NCBI GenBank assembly: GCA_051362555.1
Contig: CM120642.1
Coordinates: 5,518,001 to 5,582,000 of the forward strand
Source: Lingula anatina
Lineage: Eukaryota > Animalia > Brachiopoda
Reading direction: 5' to 3'
DNA: 64,000 bases
Part shown: positions 11,242 to 24,032 of the stretch, in pieces
Position numbering within the stretch: the first letter of the stretch is position 1
Layout of the letters: every line of letters starts with the position of its first letter
Translations under genes and position numbers: made by a program
The notes under the pieces: model-generated
Told to the model about the DNA's origin: nothing
Databases searched by the model: none
The model's input: the letters and a program-made list of their open reading frames with translations, nothing else

Positions 11242-12678
11242 AATGAGGTACAAGATAGAAAATATCAATGCTGATGCAATAATACATTTTGCTCGACAGC
11301 AGAGTCAGCAACAAATATCACATGGCTTCAGGCCCATTAATTCAAATTCTCAGCTCTGTTTGAAAATGACAAAATGTGTAAAAAATTCACCAAGAAATTG
11401 CAAAAATTCATGGAAAATAAGTAGCAGTGAACTTAAATTTGTTGACACTGACAGCTAGATGGACTTAATTAGTGACAGCTAAGACTGCAGCTGTAACTAG
11501 TTAAGTCTTGATCATTTCTTGATCATTATTGATTTAGCACTTACCTGAGGGCACAGAGCCACAGAAGCATACCGTTAATGACAACCAGATCCTAATGAGT
11601 GTAATGTCAAATGAACCTACAAGTTCTTTGATAAAACTGTTATTAATATATAAAATATACTACAATCCATGCATTAAAAATAAAAAGCACGCAAGTCCAC
11701 GGGTCAGTATTAACAATACACTGTAGTTGTCTCAGAATAAGACTTTAGTCCCTTTTCTTAAAAAATAAATTGCCAGTGCACAAATTGACTAAATATGTAT
11801 TGATAACTGTTTTGGTAAAATGGAATTTGGTATGTAGAGAGCCTTTATTTTAACATGATTTGAACAAACAAAAACAACTTTTTTATGATGAAAAACATTT
11901 AATGATTCAATATTTCTTTTATAAAGTTTAATGCAAATACAAAGTTCTTACAACTTCATGTACAGTTAGAAGGAATTTTTCTCATGCACAAATAACACAT
12001 TTACAAATAAAGCATTAATTAACTTAAAGTTGGTACAATGTTGTAAATGTTACTTGATAAATGTTTGTTAGTTTCTTATATGTATGTATTAAGTAAGCAG
12101 AAAATATTGTGCTGTTATCCACATTCATATGCCTGAGAGAGCATTACTGGCATGAGAGGGCAATACTGGCCTGATATGGCAATACTGGCCTGATATGGCA
12201 ATACTGGCCTGAGGGGACACTGCTGTTTATATATGCCAATTGTAAACCAAACATGGCTCCCACGCACTATTAGTTGCCGATCTAGAAAACTCAGCTGTTA
12301 CATACTCAATTCATTACAACATCGTTATCAAAGGTCATGATGTGTGTAATATGGTCCAAGTTATCCAAATATTACAGCAACTTGTCAAGAACATCGAGAA
12401 TTAGTAAGTTATAGTGAGGTTTTCGCCTAGCATGCCAATTGTAAACCAAACATGGCTCCCACGCACTATAGTTGCCGATCTAGAAAACTCAGCTGTTACA
12501 TACTCAATTCATTACAACATCGTTATCAAAGGCCATGATGTATGTAATATGGTCCAAGTTATCCAAATATTACAGCAACTTGTCAAGAACATCGAGAATT
12601 AGTAAGTTATAGTGAGGCTTTCGCCTAGCAACTTCTGGTTTTCGCGGTTTTCGCGGTTTTCGTATTTTCGTAGGACCC
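8363..12678. mobile_element. MULE/foldback-like non-autonomous element with ~330-bp TIRs
   Basis: 9-bp TSD ATTACTTCC (8354-8362, 12679-12687). Long TIRs start GGTCCTACGAAAATACG and have 21-bp repeats at their inner ends. The right TIR holds a ~198-bp tandem duplication. The element is absent from element B. Confidence 0.8.
9334..9615 (+). mobile_element. Short Helentron-type non-autonomous element
   Basis: Starts TTATTACCTCTGCCAAGGAGG, then a GTTT microsatellite and a subTIR-like CCTTAGTGGAGGT, and ends CTAG|TT. Confidence 0.65.
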
Positions 12679-13297
12679 ATTACTTCCTCTTTTCTTTGTT
12701 ATAGAAACTTATGAGTGACTTTACATTGCCCTCATTTGCATTTAAAGAGTCCTTGAAAAGCAACTGAATTAGTCTCAAAATTCTTATAAAATCATTGAAT
12801 TTGTTATTAGTGTTCATGTATGAACCTTGACATTGCACACTTTAATCATAGAAAGTTACACAAACATCCATGATAACTCACAAACAAAAAAAATAAAAAG
12901 TGAAAGGTAATGATTATCCCTAAAACTGACTTAAGAAAAAAAGAAAAGAAAGTCTGTTCTGTGACTACAAATTACAAGCCACGGCTGAAATATATTTCAT
13001 AGCGAATTATAAGATGTTTCTATTTATTTACTCAAATTAAACAAATCACTTTCCTGAAAATAGAGGGAAATTCACTGTACAGTGCATGCAATTTTAGTTT
13101 CAGCCATAACATGATGATAAGAAATACAAAATACTTCTTTATCCAAAACAAAACCCAAAATAATTCCTAATGAGCGATATATAATGGAAAGAGACATAAT
13201 CTCTTGTGTGCATGTATGTGTGAGTGCATCATAAAAGAGAAAATACAGAAAAAAATGATAAGCATTAAAACTTTCAGTTATTATTATTGTTATTCAT

Positions 13298-13707
13298 TAT
13301 TGTAGACGACGTTACACATAAAATCACTGAATCATTTATTGTCTTATAGATAGCACAATTTGTTACAGTTTCGTTATCACAATGAACACCTTATCTCGTT
13401 TGTCCGTTGTGTACGTTGGACTCTTGTACAAATCTAAAAAAATGAAAAAAATGACATAAGTATGCGGTAAACAATAAACTCATAAAAACTAATATAAACA
13501 AACTACAGTATATACGTTAAATAAAAAGAAATACATTTTACCATTACTTACATTATATGCTATCTAGGGTGACCGACCGGTATGGTTCCTACTTGTGTAC
13601 TGAATTCTCTATGCATTTCAATACCACACACACCCATAATCACGTGACTGATTAGTCTTCGCATTATAAAGAGTGACCACAAGGTCATGTGACATGGCGC
13701 ACTAACA
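13298..13707 (-). repeat. 3' LTR of BEL/Pao element
   Basis: Direct repeat of 19788-20196. The only differences seen are one substitution and one 1-bp indel in an A run. Confidence 0.95.
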
Positions 13708-13948
13708 TTCCCGGCTCCTAAATTAGTTAACGCAAACTAATTTAACTTAATTACGTTAGTGCACAGTTAAAATACAATATCATATGAAAATAAACTGAAC
13801 AACCGTTATGCCTTAACTAAATATGCATTAATAGGCCTAAACCTTAAATCATTACTACTCTTAAATCTTTTACTTAACAGTCACCGTCACTTAACACCAA
13901 AATAGAAAATGTCATAAGTCTACATTTAAATGCAGATATAACTGATGG

Positions 13949-16900
13949 TTAACAATCTTTGTCATTTGCGACCAGTAAAATAAGTTTGTTCACTGGCCTA
14001 CGTAAGTTGGAATTTTGTGTTTTTAATAGTACAGTACGCACTAGTCCATTGTTGTCCATCTCCACATCCTCAACACGACCCATCGGCCATACATTTCGGG
14101 CCACGTTATCATCTTTTATGATAACTACATCTCCGACTTTGAGATTTCTTTGCTGTTTATTCCATTTGTGACGCTTTTGAAGGTTCAGCAGGTATTCTTT
14201 GCGCCATCTGGACCAAAATACATTCGAAAGATACTGAACTTTTCGCCATCTCTTTCGCAGATATAAATCATGTTGCTGAAATACGCCTGGTGGGGGTACG
14301 TTAACATGTGATCTCGCAGTCAAAATGTGGTTTGGCGTAAGAGGCTCTGCATCGTCTGGATCTGAGGATATGCTGGTTATTGGCCGAGAATTCATTATTG
14401 CTTCCACTTCACATAGAAATGTATGCAAGCAATCAGTGTCCATACGAGTTCCATATTCATGCAACAAACCAGATAATACTTTCCTAACTGAACGAATCAT
14501 ACGCTCCCACGATCCGCCCATATTACTTGCCGTAGGCGGATTGAAATGCCAGTCGACTCCAGCTTTGCACATATCGTTGTGAATGATGCCATGATTCATG
14601 TCTTCAATTGCCTGCTGAAGTTCTTTGTGAGCACCTCTGAAGTTGGTTCCGTTATCACTCCATAGTTCTATAACGTTCCCCCGACGTGCAATAAAACGCC
14701 GCAAAACATTTATAAATGTGTCCGTTTCAAGATTGATCGCTACCTCCAAATGTACGGCTCGACTTGCTAAACACGTAAAAAGGACGCCATAGCGTTTTAC
14801 TTCTTTCCGACCCTCTTTGATAATAAATGGTCCAAAATAATCGACTCCAGAACGGCTAAATGGAGGCATTGTATCATCAACTCTGCAAACTGGTAGATTG
14901 GACATTTTTTGCTCTTGTGTTACACCTCTGGTACGGCGACAGATAACACACGTTGACAACACTGAACGCACTGACGCATTACCTTTTATGACCCAGTACT
15001 TGTTGCGGAGACTGGCGAGCACATGATTACGGCCTGCATGTCCGAGGGTTGCGTGTGCCTCACGAATCACTAGTGTTGTCACATGGCATTTGCGAGGTAA
15101 AATGATCGGATGCTTGGTATGCTCTGGTATATTTGCACGAGCTAGCCTCCCTCCTACTCTCAAAACACCATCCTCCAAGAAAGGATCCAACTTATAGAGA
15201 CTACTAGATCGTGGAAGTAACTTTACCCGGCTCCGTGTTGATCCCGATTCTGCCATAGAAAGCTGGGTCACTTCAGCATTGTAAATTCCCTTGTGTAACC
15301 ACCGTACGATTTTGAGCTCTGCTTCTTCAATGTCTCTGACACCAATTGTTGAGGAAAACGCCGTTAACCTTGACTGGGATTTCAACTGAAGATACCGTAA
15401 CATCTTTGTATAAACAGCAACGGCCTTCCTCAGCTTATACCAACTGGAAAAGTGATGAACTAATTGAGAAAACGGTTCCTCAGGGTCTTCCCTTACAGTG
15501 ACAGCTGTATAGAAACCACAATGCTGAAACACATCACTTGCTCTGTCATTCTGCAATTGTAGATTATCGTTGCTATCGATGACATTCCGTGGCCAGGTAT
15601 CCTCATCACCTTGTAAGAATTCTGGACCTTGTAACCACCTTGAACTTGAAAGCAGTTGCTCAACAGAAATACCTCGTGAAGCTTCATCCGCCGTATTTTT
15701 TGAGGATGGGACGTATCTCCACTGCTCAACTTCAGAAAAATCTCGTATAAATTGCACCCTGTTCGCAACATAAATTGGAAATCGCTTGGTCTCACTGCGT
15801 ATGAAACGAAGAACCGTAACCGAATCTGTATGAAAATAAACATTCAGGCTCTGATCAAGTTCTCGTTGAATCAATTTAGCTATGCGCACTGACGTCACTG
15901 CTGCTGTGAGCTCAAGTCTAGGAATTGTCGTGACCTTGATTGGTGCCAGTCTAGCTTTGCCTGCAACAAAAGCTACGGAGACTTTTCCCGACTGATCCTT
16001 GCTCCGCAAGTATGCAACTGACCCATATCCGGTTGAACTAGCGTCAGAAAAAACGTGCAGCTGTACCTCATCAGAAGCATGCGTTGACTTAAAGCAGCGG
16101 TCGATCTTGAGATTCTCCAAGTCCGGCAAAGATGATAACCATTGTTGCCATCTTTCTAGGTACTTCTCTGGTAGAACATCGTCCCAGTCCACTTTTCCTT
16201 CCCTACAGAGATCTTGGAGGATTCTCTTCGCAGGTAAAACCACTGGTGCAATAAAACCTAATGGGTCATATATACAAGAGATGAGCGACAGGATTCCCCT
16301 TCTGGTGGGCGGCTTCTCTCTCATCATGATCGAAAATCCAAATTGGTCTGCTCTAATGTCCCACCGCACTCCTAACGTTTTAATGACGGGCAAGTCATCA
16401 CAGCTTAAATTGACAGCAGACATTTCTTTGGAATGTTCAATCTGTGGAATGGAACACATCACTTCTATGCTGTTACTGGAAAATTTTGTCAGATGAAACC
16501 CTCCCTCAGCACAGGTATGACAGAGATTCTCTACAAGATGACATGCATCCACATGATTCACAACTGATTTCAGGCAATCATCAACGTAAAAGTTTCTAAG
16601 CACAGTGTTCCTTACCTCCGCGTTTGCTGCATGTATTCCAACTTTCTTCAAAACAAAATTGGCTACACTTGGTGACGAAATTGCCCCAAAAAGGTGAACG
16701 TTCATTCTGTACTCATGTAGCTCACCACTAAGATCTCCATTTTCCCACCAAAGAAATCTCAGAAAATTTCTCTGCTCAACAGGAACTCGGATCTGGAAAA
16801 ACATGGCTTCTATATCACCTATAAAAGCTATCTGATGCTGTCTAAATCGACTGAGAACACCAAACAGGTTATTGGCTAAATCTGGTCCTTGTAAGAGGTG

Positions 16901-19753
16901 ATCGTTTAAGCTAGTCCCTTGGTACTTGGCGCTGGCATCGAAAACAACCCGCATTTTTCCTGGTTTATTCGGATTGTAGATTCCGTGGTGTGGAAGGTAC
17001 CATACCCTTCCCTCTACAGGTGTGACATCATTGATAGGAATCCGTTCTGCATATCCACGATCAATGATTTTGGACATAAAGTCAATGTAATCTGATTGAA
17101 AGGTATAGTTTTTTAACATCTTTTTCTTTTGCCACATCACTCTCTGTACAGCTTGTGATCTATTGTTTGGAATTGACACAGCTTTGGACCTAAATGGCAA
17201 TGGTACTGTATAGTGTCCGTCTGCAAAGAAAATTCCCTCCTCTACCAGTTGTATGAATTTCCTGTCCTCTTGTGACATGCCCTTTTCGTCGGGATATAAC
17301 GGCTTGTGATCATTAAAGTCGAGTTCCATCATGTGCATCACAGTGGCAGGTGTGAATAATTCTTTACAAGTTTCTTCCACCATTATTCGGTTGCATGAAA
17401 TGTGATCCACATCACTGGAATATGCTGGCCCATGTACTGTCCATCCATGTCGTAGCCGCATGGCATACGGTTTATTACCATCTGTAGGCACAACGTTCAG
17501 AGGTTCTAAAGCTAACGGGCAGTTGTTACCGATCAAAATACCGATGTCAACTCCTTGCTGAAACTCCGGTATCTCAGAGGCAATATGTCGTAAATGATCC
17601 CATCTCTGGACTATTTCCGGCGTTGCAATTTGGTGATGGTCGATTGGAATAACATTTCTGGTAAATGTCTTGGGCATGTCAATTGCGTTGCTTCCGTTCA
17701 AATCTGTAATGACCAAGCCTTCTACCAAAGTGCTATCCACGCAGTCGGTTCCTTGCATAGTGGTCAGCTTGAGCCTCGTCGGTATACCACTGGCTTCAAG
17801 GTTTTGGAACAAATCATTGGTTATAAAACACCCGCTGCTGCCATTGTCATAAAAACAGTAAGTGGTAATAACTTTGCTGCTTCCTCTCTGACTCACCTTC
17901 ACCGGTAATACCCCATGTAAAACTGTCGAGTCTGGAGAAGCGGTAGCTGCACAGCTAGACTTAACTGTAGTATCATTGGTATTTACACGCGTTGTTGAGG
18001 AATCTCGTGTCTTTTTACCATCGGTGTTGGTCTGGCTACCAAGGGAAGTTCGAAGTTGGAAACCCTCTATGTGGAGTGAAGTCGGGTGTCGCTTATGGCA
18101 CTTCTGGCATACACGTTTTCCCAAACACCCCTTGGAAATGTGGTCGGGTCTATAACAGCCAAAGCAAAGACGTTTTTCTTTTAAGAATTGTCTTTTATCA
18201 GCCATGGACTTACTTGTAAACGTTGGGCAGTCATCCAGGTCATGGTGTTGCTGACAAAGCGGACAGTTTAATGATGACCCTACGTAACCTTGTGACGTCA
18301 TGGCAAAGCTGGTCATTTTCATCTGGCCCTTACCCTGCTGAATCGTAGCGTTGGCGGGGACATGTTGCTTAGCTGCCTTTCCGTAGATTGGATCATTGGC
18401 TGCGTCTGACGCTGATGCTATGAAAGTAACAAGATCCTGAAACTTTAAAATTATATGCTCTGTCTGTCGTACTCTAGACACCTGTTCGCGCCATTTATTT
18501 TGTAAATAAAATGGTAATTTCTGAACAACATTGAGCATATTTGGAGGGTGATCTAAAACATTCAAATATGACAAACATTTCATTGCATTACAACACTTTG
18601 TCAAGAACAAAGACAACTTTTTCAGACCTATACAATCATCTTGTTTAATAACAGGCCAAGCATTGACTTTATTGATATAAACTAAAGCAGTTTTGTATGG
18701 ATCCCCATATTCTTTATCAAGTAAGCGGCGAGCTTCTTGGTATCCGGTCTCTGGATCAAACAGGAAACAACCACTGACGATGTCTTTGGGTTCACCAACG
18801 AGATGCTGATCTAGGTAATAAAGTCTGTCAGAGGGAGAAGCTGTGCGCGATGCTATACGAGTGTCAAATGCCGTCATGAAGGTCCTGTAACTGATCAGAT
18901 CGCCTGAAAACTTCGGGATTTCTGGCTGTGGAAGAGAAAGCGCGGCAACAAGCGTGTTCGTAGAAACCAAGTGGCTTTCTTCAGTCATGCTGCTCGGATG
19001 CGTATGGGCTTGGTGTGGTCTAAATTCCGGAGCATCTACGTTCAACGGTGCGCTGCTCGGGCGTTGCGTTTCACCAAGGTTGACTGAGGATGGGTTTGAA
19101 TGGGATGCATCATGGGAAGAGGTGGGTGTGGCTGCCGCATGCGTCGTGACGTCATCTTCTGCATAAACGCGTTCACGGGCACGTGCTTTTGCTATTTCAC
19201 CTTCCACTCGTAGCTGTTCATTCTCCATCATCAATCGGTGTTTTTTCTGTAGTAATTCTTTTTCAACGGTGAGTTCCGCGATCTTTGCTTGTTCCTTTAC
19301 ACGCGCTGACACCTCAGTATGGGCTGACTGTGAAGAGCGAGAACGGCGTGACGATCGTGACCCGCTACTGTGGTTACTACCTTTGGCTGAACTGGTACAA
19401 TCAGCAGTTAGTGCCTGTTCTGCCTCGCTGGTCCAATTGAGCACATGTCGTCTAAACTCTAGCATAGAAATTTGTCTTTCTTCAAACGTATGAAGTTCCT
19501 TCGTCATTTCATCCTCAGAAAGTTTTTCACAGTATTTATTATATGCAGATTGGTACTTTGCAAATAATTCATCGTACTGTTCCAAATTTGTTTTCACGAT
19601 ATGAAGGTTATTAAAGTCAGTCATAGCATTCACTGTTTTGTTACGGCATACTGTAACTGAGCGTAGCGCTGCACTTTTTCTGTCCCTTAAAGTTTTAATG
19701 GTAGTTGAGTCTGTCATAGACTGTGGTACATCTGCGTTTGTTTCACCGTTCAT
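13949..19753 (-). CDS. BEL/Pao Gag-Pol polyprotein (1934 aa)
   Basis: Gag (IPKFSGD...), three zinc knuckles (CPLCQQHHDLDDC, CFGCYRPDHISKGC, CQKCHKRHPTSLH), protease FYDNGS, RT YVDD, RNase H FSDAS...TIPRLEL, and integrase H..GH..C..C, DYFGP, SDNGTNF, WER. Confidence 0.97.
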   Translation of the reverse strand: MNGETNADVPQSMTDSTTIKTLRDRKSAALRSVTVCRNKTVNAMTDFNNLHIVKTNLEQYDELFAKYQSAYNKYCEKLSEDEMTKELHTFEERQISMLEFRRHVLNWTSEAEQALTADCTSSAKGSNHSSGSRSSRRSRSSQSAHTEVSARVKEQAKIAELTVEKELLQKKHRLMMENEQLRVEGEIAKARARERVYAEDDVTTHAAATPTSSHDASHSNPSSVNLGETQRPSSAPLNVDAPEFRPHQAHTHPSSMTEESHLVSTNTLVAALSLPQPEIPKFSGDLISYRTFMTAFDTRIASRTASPSDRLYYLDQHLVGEPKDIVSGCFLFDPETGYQEARRLLDKEYGDPYKTALVYINKVNAWPVIKQDDCIGLKKLSLFLTKCCNAMKCLSYLNVLDHPPNMLNVVQKLPFYLQNKWREQVSRVRQTEHIILKFQDLVTFIASASDAANDPIYGKAAKQHVPANATIQQGKGQMKMTSFAMTSQGYVGSSLNCPLCQQHHDLDDCPTFTSKSMADKRQFLKEKRLCFGCYRPDHISKGCLGKRVCQKCHKRHPTSLHIEGFQLRTSLGSQTNTDGKKTRDSSTTRVNTNDTTVKSSCAATASPDSTVLHGVLPVKVSQRGSSKVITTYCFYDNGSSGCFITNDLFQNLEASGIPTRLKLTTMQGTDCVDSTLVEGLVITDLNGSNAIDMPKTFTRNVIPIDHHQIATPEIVQRWDHLRHIASEIPEFQQGVDIGILIGNNCPLALEPLNVVPTDGNKPYAMRLRHGWTVHGPAYSSDVDHISCNRIMVEETCKELFTPATVMHMMELDFNDHKPLYPDEKGMSQEDRKFIQLVEEGIFFADGHYTVPLPFRSKAVSIPNNRSQAVQRVMWQKKKMLKNYTFQSDYIDFMSKIIDRGYAERIPINDVTPVEGRVWYLPHHGIYNPNKPGKMRVVFDASAKYQGTSLNDHLLQGPDLANNLFGVLSRFRQHQIAFIGDIEAMFFQIRVPVEQRNFLRFLWWENGDLSGELHEYRMNVHLFGAISSPSVANFVLKKVGIHAANAEVRNTVLRNFYVDDCLKSVVNHVDACHLVENLCHTCAEGGFHLTKFSSNSIEVMCSIPQIEHSKEMSAVNLSCDDLPVIKTLGVRWDIRADQFGFSIMMREKPPTRRGILSLISCIYDPLGFIAPVVLPAKRILQDLCREGKVDWDDVLPEKYLERWQQWLSSLPDLENLKIDRCFKSTHASDEVQLHVFSDASSTGYGSVAYLRSKDQSGKVSVAFVAGKARLAPIKVTTIPRLELTAAVTSVRIAKLIQRELDQSLNVYFHTDSVTVLRFIRSETKRFPIYVANRVQFIRDFSEVEQWRYVPSSKNTADEASRGISVEQLLSSSRWLQGPEFLQGDEDTWPRNVIDSNDNLQLQNDRASDVFQHCGFYTAVTVREDPEEPFSQLVHHFSSWYKLRKAVAVYTKMLRYLQLKSQSRLTAFSSTIGVRDIEEAELKIVRWLHKGIYNAEVTQLSMAESGSTRSRVKLLPRSSSLYKLDPFLEDGVLRVGGRLARANIPEHTKHPIILPRKCHVTTLVIREAHATLGHAGRNHVLASLRNKYWVIKGNASVRSVLSTCVICRRTRGVTQEQKMSNLPVCRVDDTMPPFSRSGVDYFGPFIIKEGRKEVKRYGVLFTCLASRAVHLEVAINLETDTFINVLRRFIARRGNVIELWSDNGTNFRGAHKELQQAIEDMNHGIIHNDMCKAGVDWHFNPPTASNMGGSWERMIRSVRKVLSGLLHEYGTRMDTDCLHTFLCEVEAIMNSRPITSISSDPDDAEPLTPNHILTARSHVNVPPPGVFQQHDLYLRKRWRKVQYLSNVFWSRWRKEYLLNLQKRHKWNKQQRNLKVGDVVIIKDDNVARNVWPMGRVEDVEMDNNGLVRTVLLKTQNSNLRRPVNKLILLVANDKDC

Positions 19754-19787
19754 GATGTCAGTGTTCGGAGCAAAATATTTGTACTAA

Positions 19788-20196
19788 TATTGTAGACGAC
19801 GTTACACATAAAATCACTGAATCATTTATTGTCTTATAGATAGCACAATTTGTTACAGTTTCGTTATCACAATGAACACCTTATCTCGTTTGTCCGTTGT
19901 GTACGTTGGACTCTTGTACAAATCTAAAAAAATTAAAAAATGACATAAGTATGCGGTAAACAATAAACTCATAAAAACTAATATAAACAAACTACAGTAT
20001 ATACGTTAAATAAAAAGAAATACATTTTACCATTACTTACATTATATGCTATCTAGGGTGACCGACCGGTATGGTTCCTACTTGTGTACTGAATTCTCTA
20101 TGCATTTCAATACCACACACACCCATAATCACGTGACTGATTAGTCTTCGCATTATAAAGAGTGACCACAAGGTCATGTGACATGGCGCACTAACA
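19788..20196 (-). repeat. 5' LTR of BEL/Pao element
   Basis: Direct repeat of 13298-13707. On the minus strand it reads TGTTAG...TCTACAATA. Confidence 0.95.
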
Positions 20197-21924
20197 TTCA
20201 TTATTATTGTAACAAGACTAGATCTAAATATTTCTATTCTTTGAGGAACTTAAATAATGAAATATACTTATTTCTTTGGCAAAAAGTATTTTTTAATTTT
20301 AAAATTAATAAGGTATATATTGGTTTTACTTTCCCTTATCTTAGAACTGCAGCAAGTAGATGGGACTATGCAGGAATTATATTTTGCAATTGCAGTATGA
20401 AATCAATTTAAAAATGAAACAGTAGCAAGAAAACAGCTATAATTGTTATGATCAAAGTGCAATCTAAGCAAGTGTCAGTTTACTCTAAATAAGAATTTAC
20501 TCTGTAACTTTGTAATAAGTACAATGTTATATAAGGAAAGCCATAAGTGGAATACTATCAAAAATGCCAACATGTACAATATTTTACTAACTCACACATT
20601 ACTAGTAAGTCTTTTTTGGTATTTAAAAGTTTTAAGTCATTTGATAATTATCTCACTATTTGAACTGGACCTCCTTCATTTAAATGGATAAACCGAGCCT
20701 TTTAAATTAGTTAAAATACTGTTTAAATATCTAAAATCACTCGAAAGTAGATGATAAGTCATTATTATCATCATTGAACGCTGCCAATCCATTATTATTT
20801 ACAAAACCTACAAAATAAAGTTAATGAAACTTATGTATAGTTTTAAATGCAGCCATCAGCTGATCGAGGTCACCATGACGTGCCGAAAAGGGGGTCAACA
20901 TTTGTAACTTTTTATCTACACATTTCTATTCCTTTGGCAGCCTCTCGATACTTTTTGATACATAGTGTGCAGTATATCATTTTAAAGCATTTGAAATGTA
21001 CTTTTTTGTGATGTAGAAGGCATATATTTTCTCCACCACATGTATGGAATAGAGGCATAAGAACCTGAGTCAATGAATTGCAGATAAAAATGGCGATTTT
21101 CAGACACACCTTCACGACAAAATTTCACAGAAAATTTGTAAATAATATAATGACAGCAAACATTATACATCAGTTAAAAGATAACTTTTTTCCGAACAAA
21201 ACCCCATCTATTAACCTCGTTTTTTTAGTATAATTTTAATTTATTCACTGACTAAACATGTATCTTCATCCTAAAAAGGTCGGAAGCTTCAGAAACTGAA
21301 ATTCAACCGTCGTTCGATCGATTAATCTTGACTAACAACTAAAATGTTTTATATCGCCAAAAAGCTCATAAACTTGGCTTTCTCACAACACTAGTAATTC
21401 TCTCACATTTTTTAAAAAGTATCAGTTTTCATTTTAGTTTAAAAATTCGGACACCCTGCCAAACTGCCATGTTGCCATCGCGCGATCGATAGAAACATAT
21501 TTTTCTCATCTAAATCGTTAACTTTAGGCAACTAACCTGAAATATCCGAAAGGCTAACCTTTCTCGCTGATAATAATACATCCAAGGTTAAATAATTTTA
21601 CTTGCTGTCAAAAATATCCGACATTAAACACGAGCATAAAATTCCCGCAGACAACACTTTCTCCCCGACTTTTCACCAAGTGCGCATGCGTACAACTTTT
21701 TGTAGCGACTTACAACAGCTCGGAAGCAGTTGTAAATTTACGTGCATATTTACAAGAGTTTGTAACTTACAAACCTTCGAGAATACCAACTTACGTGAAC
21801 GATCGGACTTACGTGAAAAGTTACAAGAATTTGTAAAGTAAAAACCTTTCGAGAATACGGCCCCTGAATTTCATGGACCAAACGTCACTTCCGGAAAGTT
21901 GCGTGAAAAGTTACAAGAATTCAG

Positions 21925-23985
21925 GGGCCGTATTCTCAAAACTTTGTAACTTACAACAATTTGTAACTATTTACGTGAATTTGTATCTTAGACTTACACG
22001 GTATTCTCAAAACTCTTGTAGAACTAAGTCTCGGACTTACAAACTCTTGTAACTTTTCACGTAACTTTCCGGAAGTGACGTTCGGTTCATGAATAACCCG
22101 CATCGACGTATTTCACTGCCGTGCTTTGCGGCGATAAAACGCTTAGGCCACACTTTTTTATTTTTATGGATGACATCCTCTGGGTACCCCAAAACTGGTG
22201 CGAGAGGGCGAAAAAAAAAAAAAAAAAACAGTCCAAAAAAAAAAAAAAAAAAAAAAAAAAACTGCTTAAGTAAAGGAATGCTGTCAGTACACAGCTGGAA
22301 ACACAAATCTAACCACAGAAACACGTATCAAACTAACAATATGTCTTTATCCATGCTCTCAAAATATTAAAGCATTGTGAATACTTCGTAGAAATGTAAA
22401 AAAAAGTCATAAATTGATATACTTCATATTACCAAATCTATTTAAGGTTATTTTATGCATTCATTTGGTATAGCAATCAATAAAACAAATATCAATCAAA
22501 CAGTGTGTCTTTATTTGTATTCTCAGAATATTAAAGCATTTTGAACACTTCACAGAAATGTTTAAAAAATGATGCAAAGATATGCTTAATACTACCAAAT
22601 CTATAATAGGTCATTTCGGACGATGCCATTTTGTCAACTTCAACTCACACGAAGCAGCTAAACTGTCAGGTGGCCTGTCCGACCTTCAGCCCACCAAATA
22701 CCTCGACGCCCTTGTCGACCCTTTTTTCGCTACAGAAAACCTGGTATTAATGTGCTGCTTTGTACAGAATGTCACAGAAATGTTTCGGCCTCCGCCAGCC
22801 TTTCGCACAATTGTAAAAAGGTGATATCTCCATGCCCAATATTAATGGCATACCAGTCCAAAACGATGGCGCCCGTTCTCTTTATGACTTTTATTGTTGT
22901 GTAATTTGAAAGTAATCCTAGAGATGAATTTGACAGCAAAGTGGCTGCATTTCCACATGGCGAAAATACGCATGCGCAGAAAGCTCATTTTCTTGCAAAT
23001 TCAATAACGACGTTTGCGACAACCGACTTCGTTGGGGGCTGGGGGGGGGGCTTTTTTTTTTTTTTTTTTTGGAGAACGGGCGAAAATCCGTGCGCGCGCA
23101 GGATGTCATCCATAAAATTAAAAAAGTGTGGCCTTATCTAGACATAAAAGTCTGTTGAAATTGAGAATCATTCATAATGACGTTTTTTTAAATTTTCTTA
23201 CAAGTTTTCGTCGGAAAATTCACTCATTTTGAATGTGTTTCCTCCGACATGCGAGCTCAGAAATCGGACTTGGCTCCTCTTGTGGGATTCCCCAGCTGGG
23301 ATTCCCCAAGTTTGCCGCTAGCAAAAAGCGCTGTATTTCATTAAATTTACAATGAAAACGTGTGTGAATATTACCTACAGTAAGTAGCTTATAATAAATA
23401 CTCACCACATTGTTCAAATTTGATACTTACTCTGATTTCATGCTGTCTTAGGATACCAAAGCCATACAAATAAGTTCACACAATTCCTCTCTATACATGT
23501 ACTGTACATTCAATTAGATATTAAAGTGTAATTTTTATTTTAATATAAAAACTTTGTTATTAAATATGAGTGAGTATATTTGTTTCTCTATTCACGTTTA
23601 CTGTGATTTTTTTATGATGAAGAGTTAGTAAATGATATTTTCATGTTAAGCCATAAATAATAACACTAATTAATTCACACAAATAAGTTGGCCCAATTTT
23701 TCAAAAATGACATTCAATTTAGTATGAACATGTTGCTTTCAAATAAAATTGATAACTGTGAGTAATTAATGGGTGTTGGTATAAAAGTGAAAATATTTTT
23801 TCAATGCACCTTTGTTGTTAGCATAAAGAGTATTTTTTTTTCATGTCAGTATGAAATGCACATTATACTGGTACAAATGAACATGTACCTACAGGTTGGC
23901 TAGTATAAGCAGTAAAAAAAATGAAAATAAATGATTTTGTAAATAAATAAAAACATAATACTACTACTAATAATAATAGTAATAA

Positions 23986-24032
<47 letters not shown>

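Larger units (their letters stand above)
13298..20196 (-). mobile_element. Full-length BEL/Pao LTR retrotransposon
   Basis: Two ~410-bp LTRs, a 5-bp TSD TTCAT (13293-13297, 20197-20201), a purine tract TAGGAGCCGGGAA before the 3' LTR and a single intact gag-pol ORF. Confidence 0.97.
6865..21863. mobile_element. Harbinger-like non-autonomous element A (~3.8 kb body) carrying nested MULE-like and BEL insertions
   Basis: TIR GGGCCGTATTCTCGAAAGGTT..., with CTG on both flanks and subterminal TTGTAACTT repeats. The body is colinear with 21925-26682 once the insertions are removed. Confidence 0.8.

Noticed and set aside
13959-19493. Short ORFs overlapping the BEL polyprotein
   Set aside because: They are antisense or alternate-frame shadows of the long ORF.
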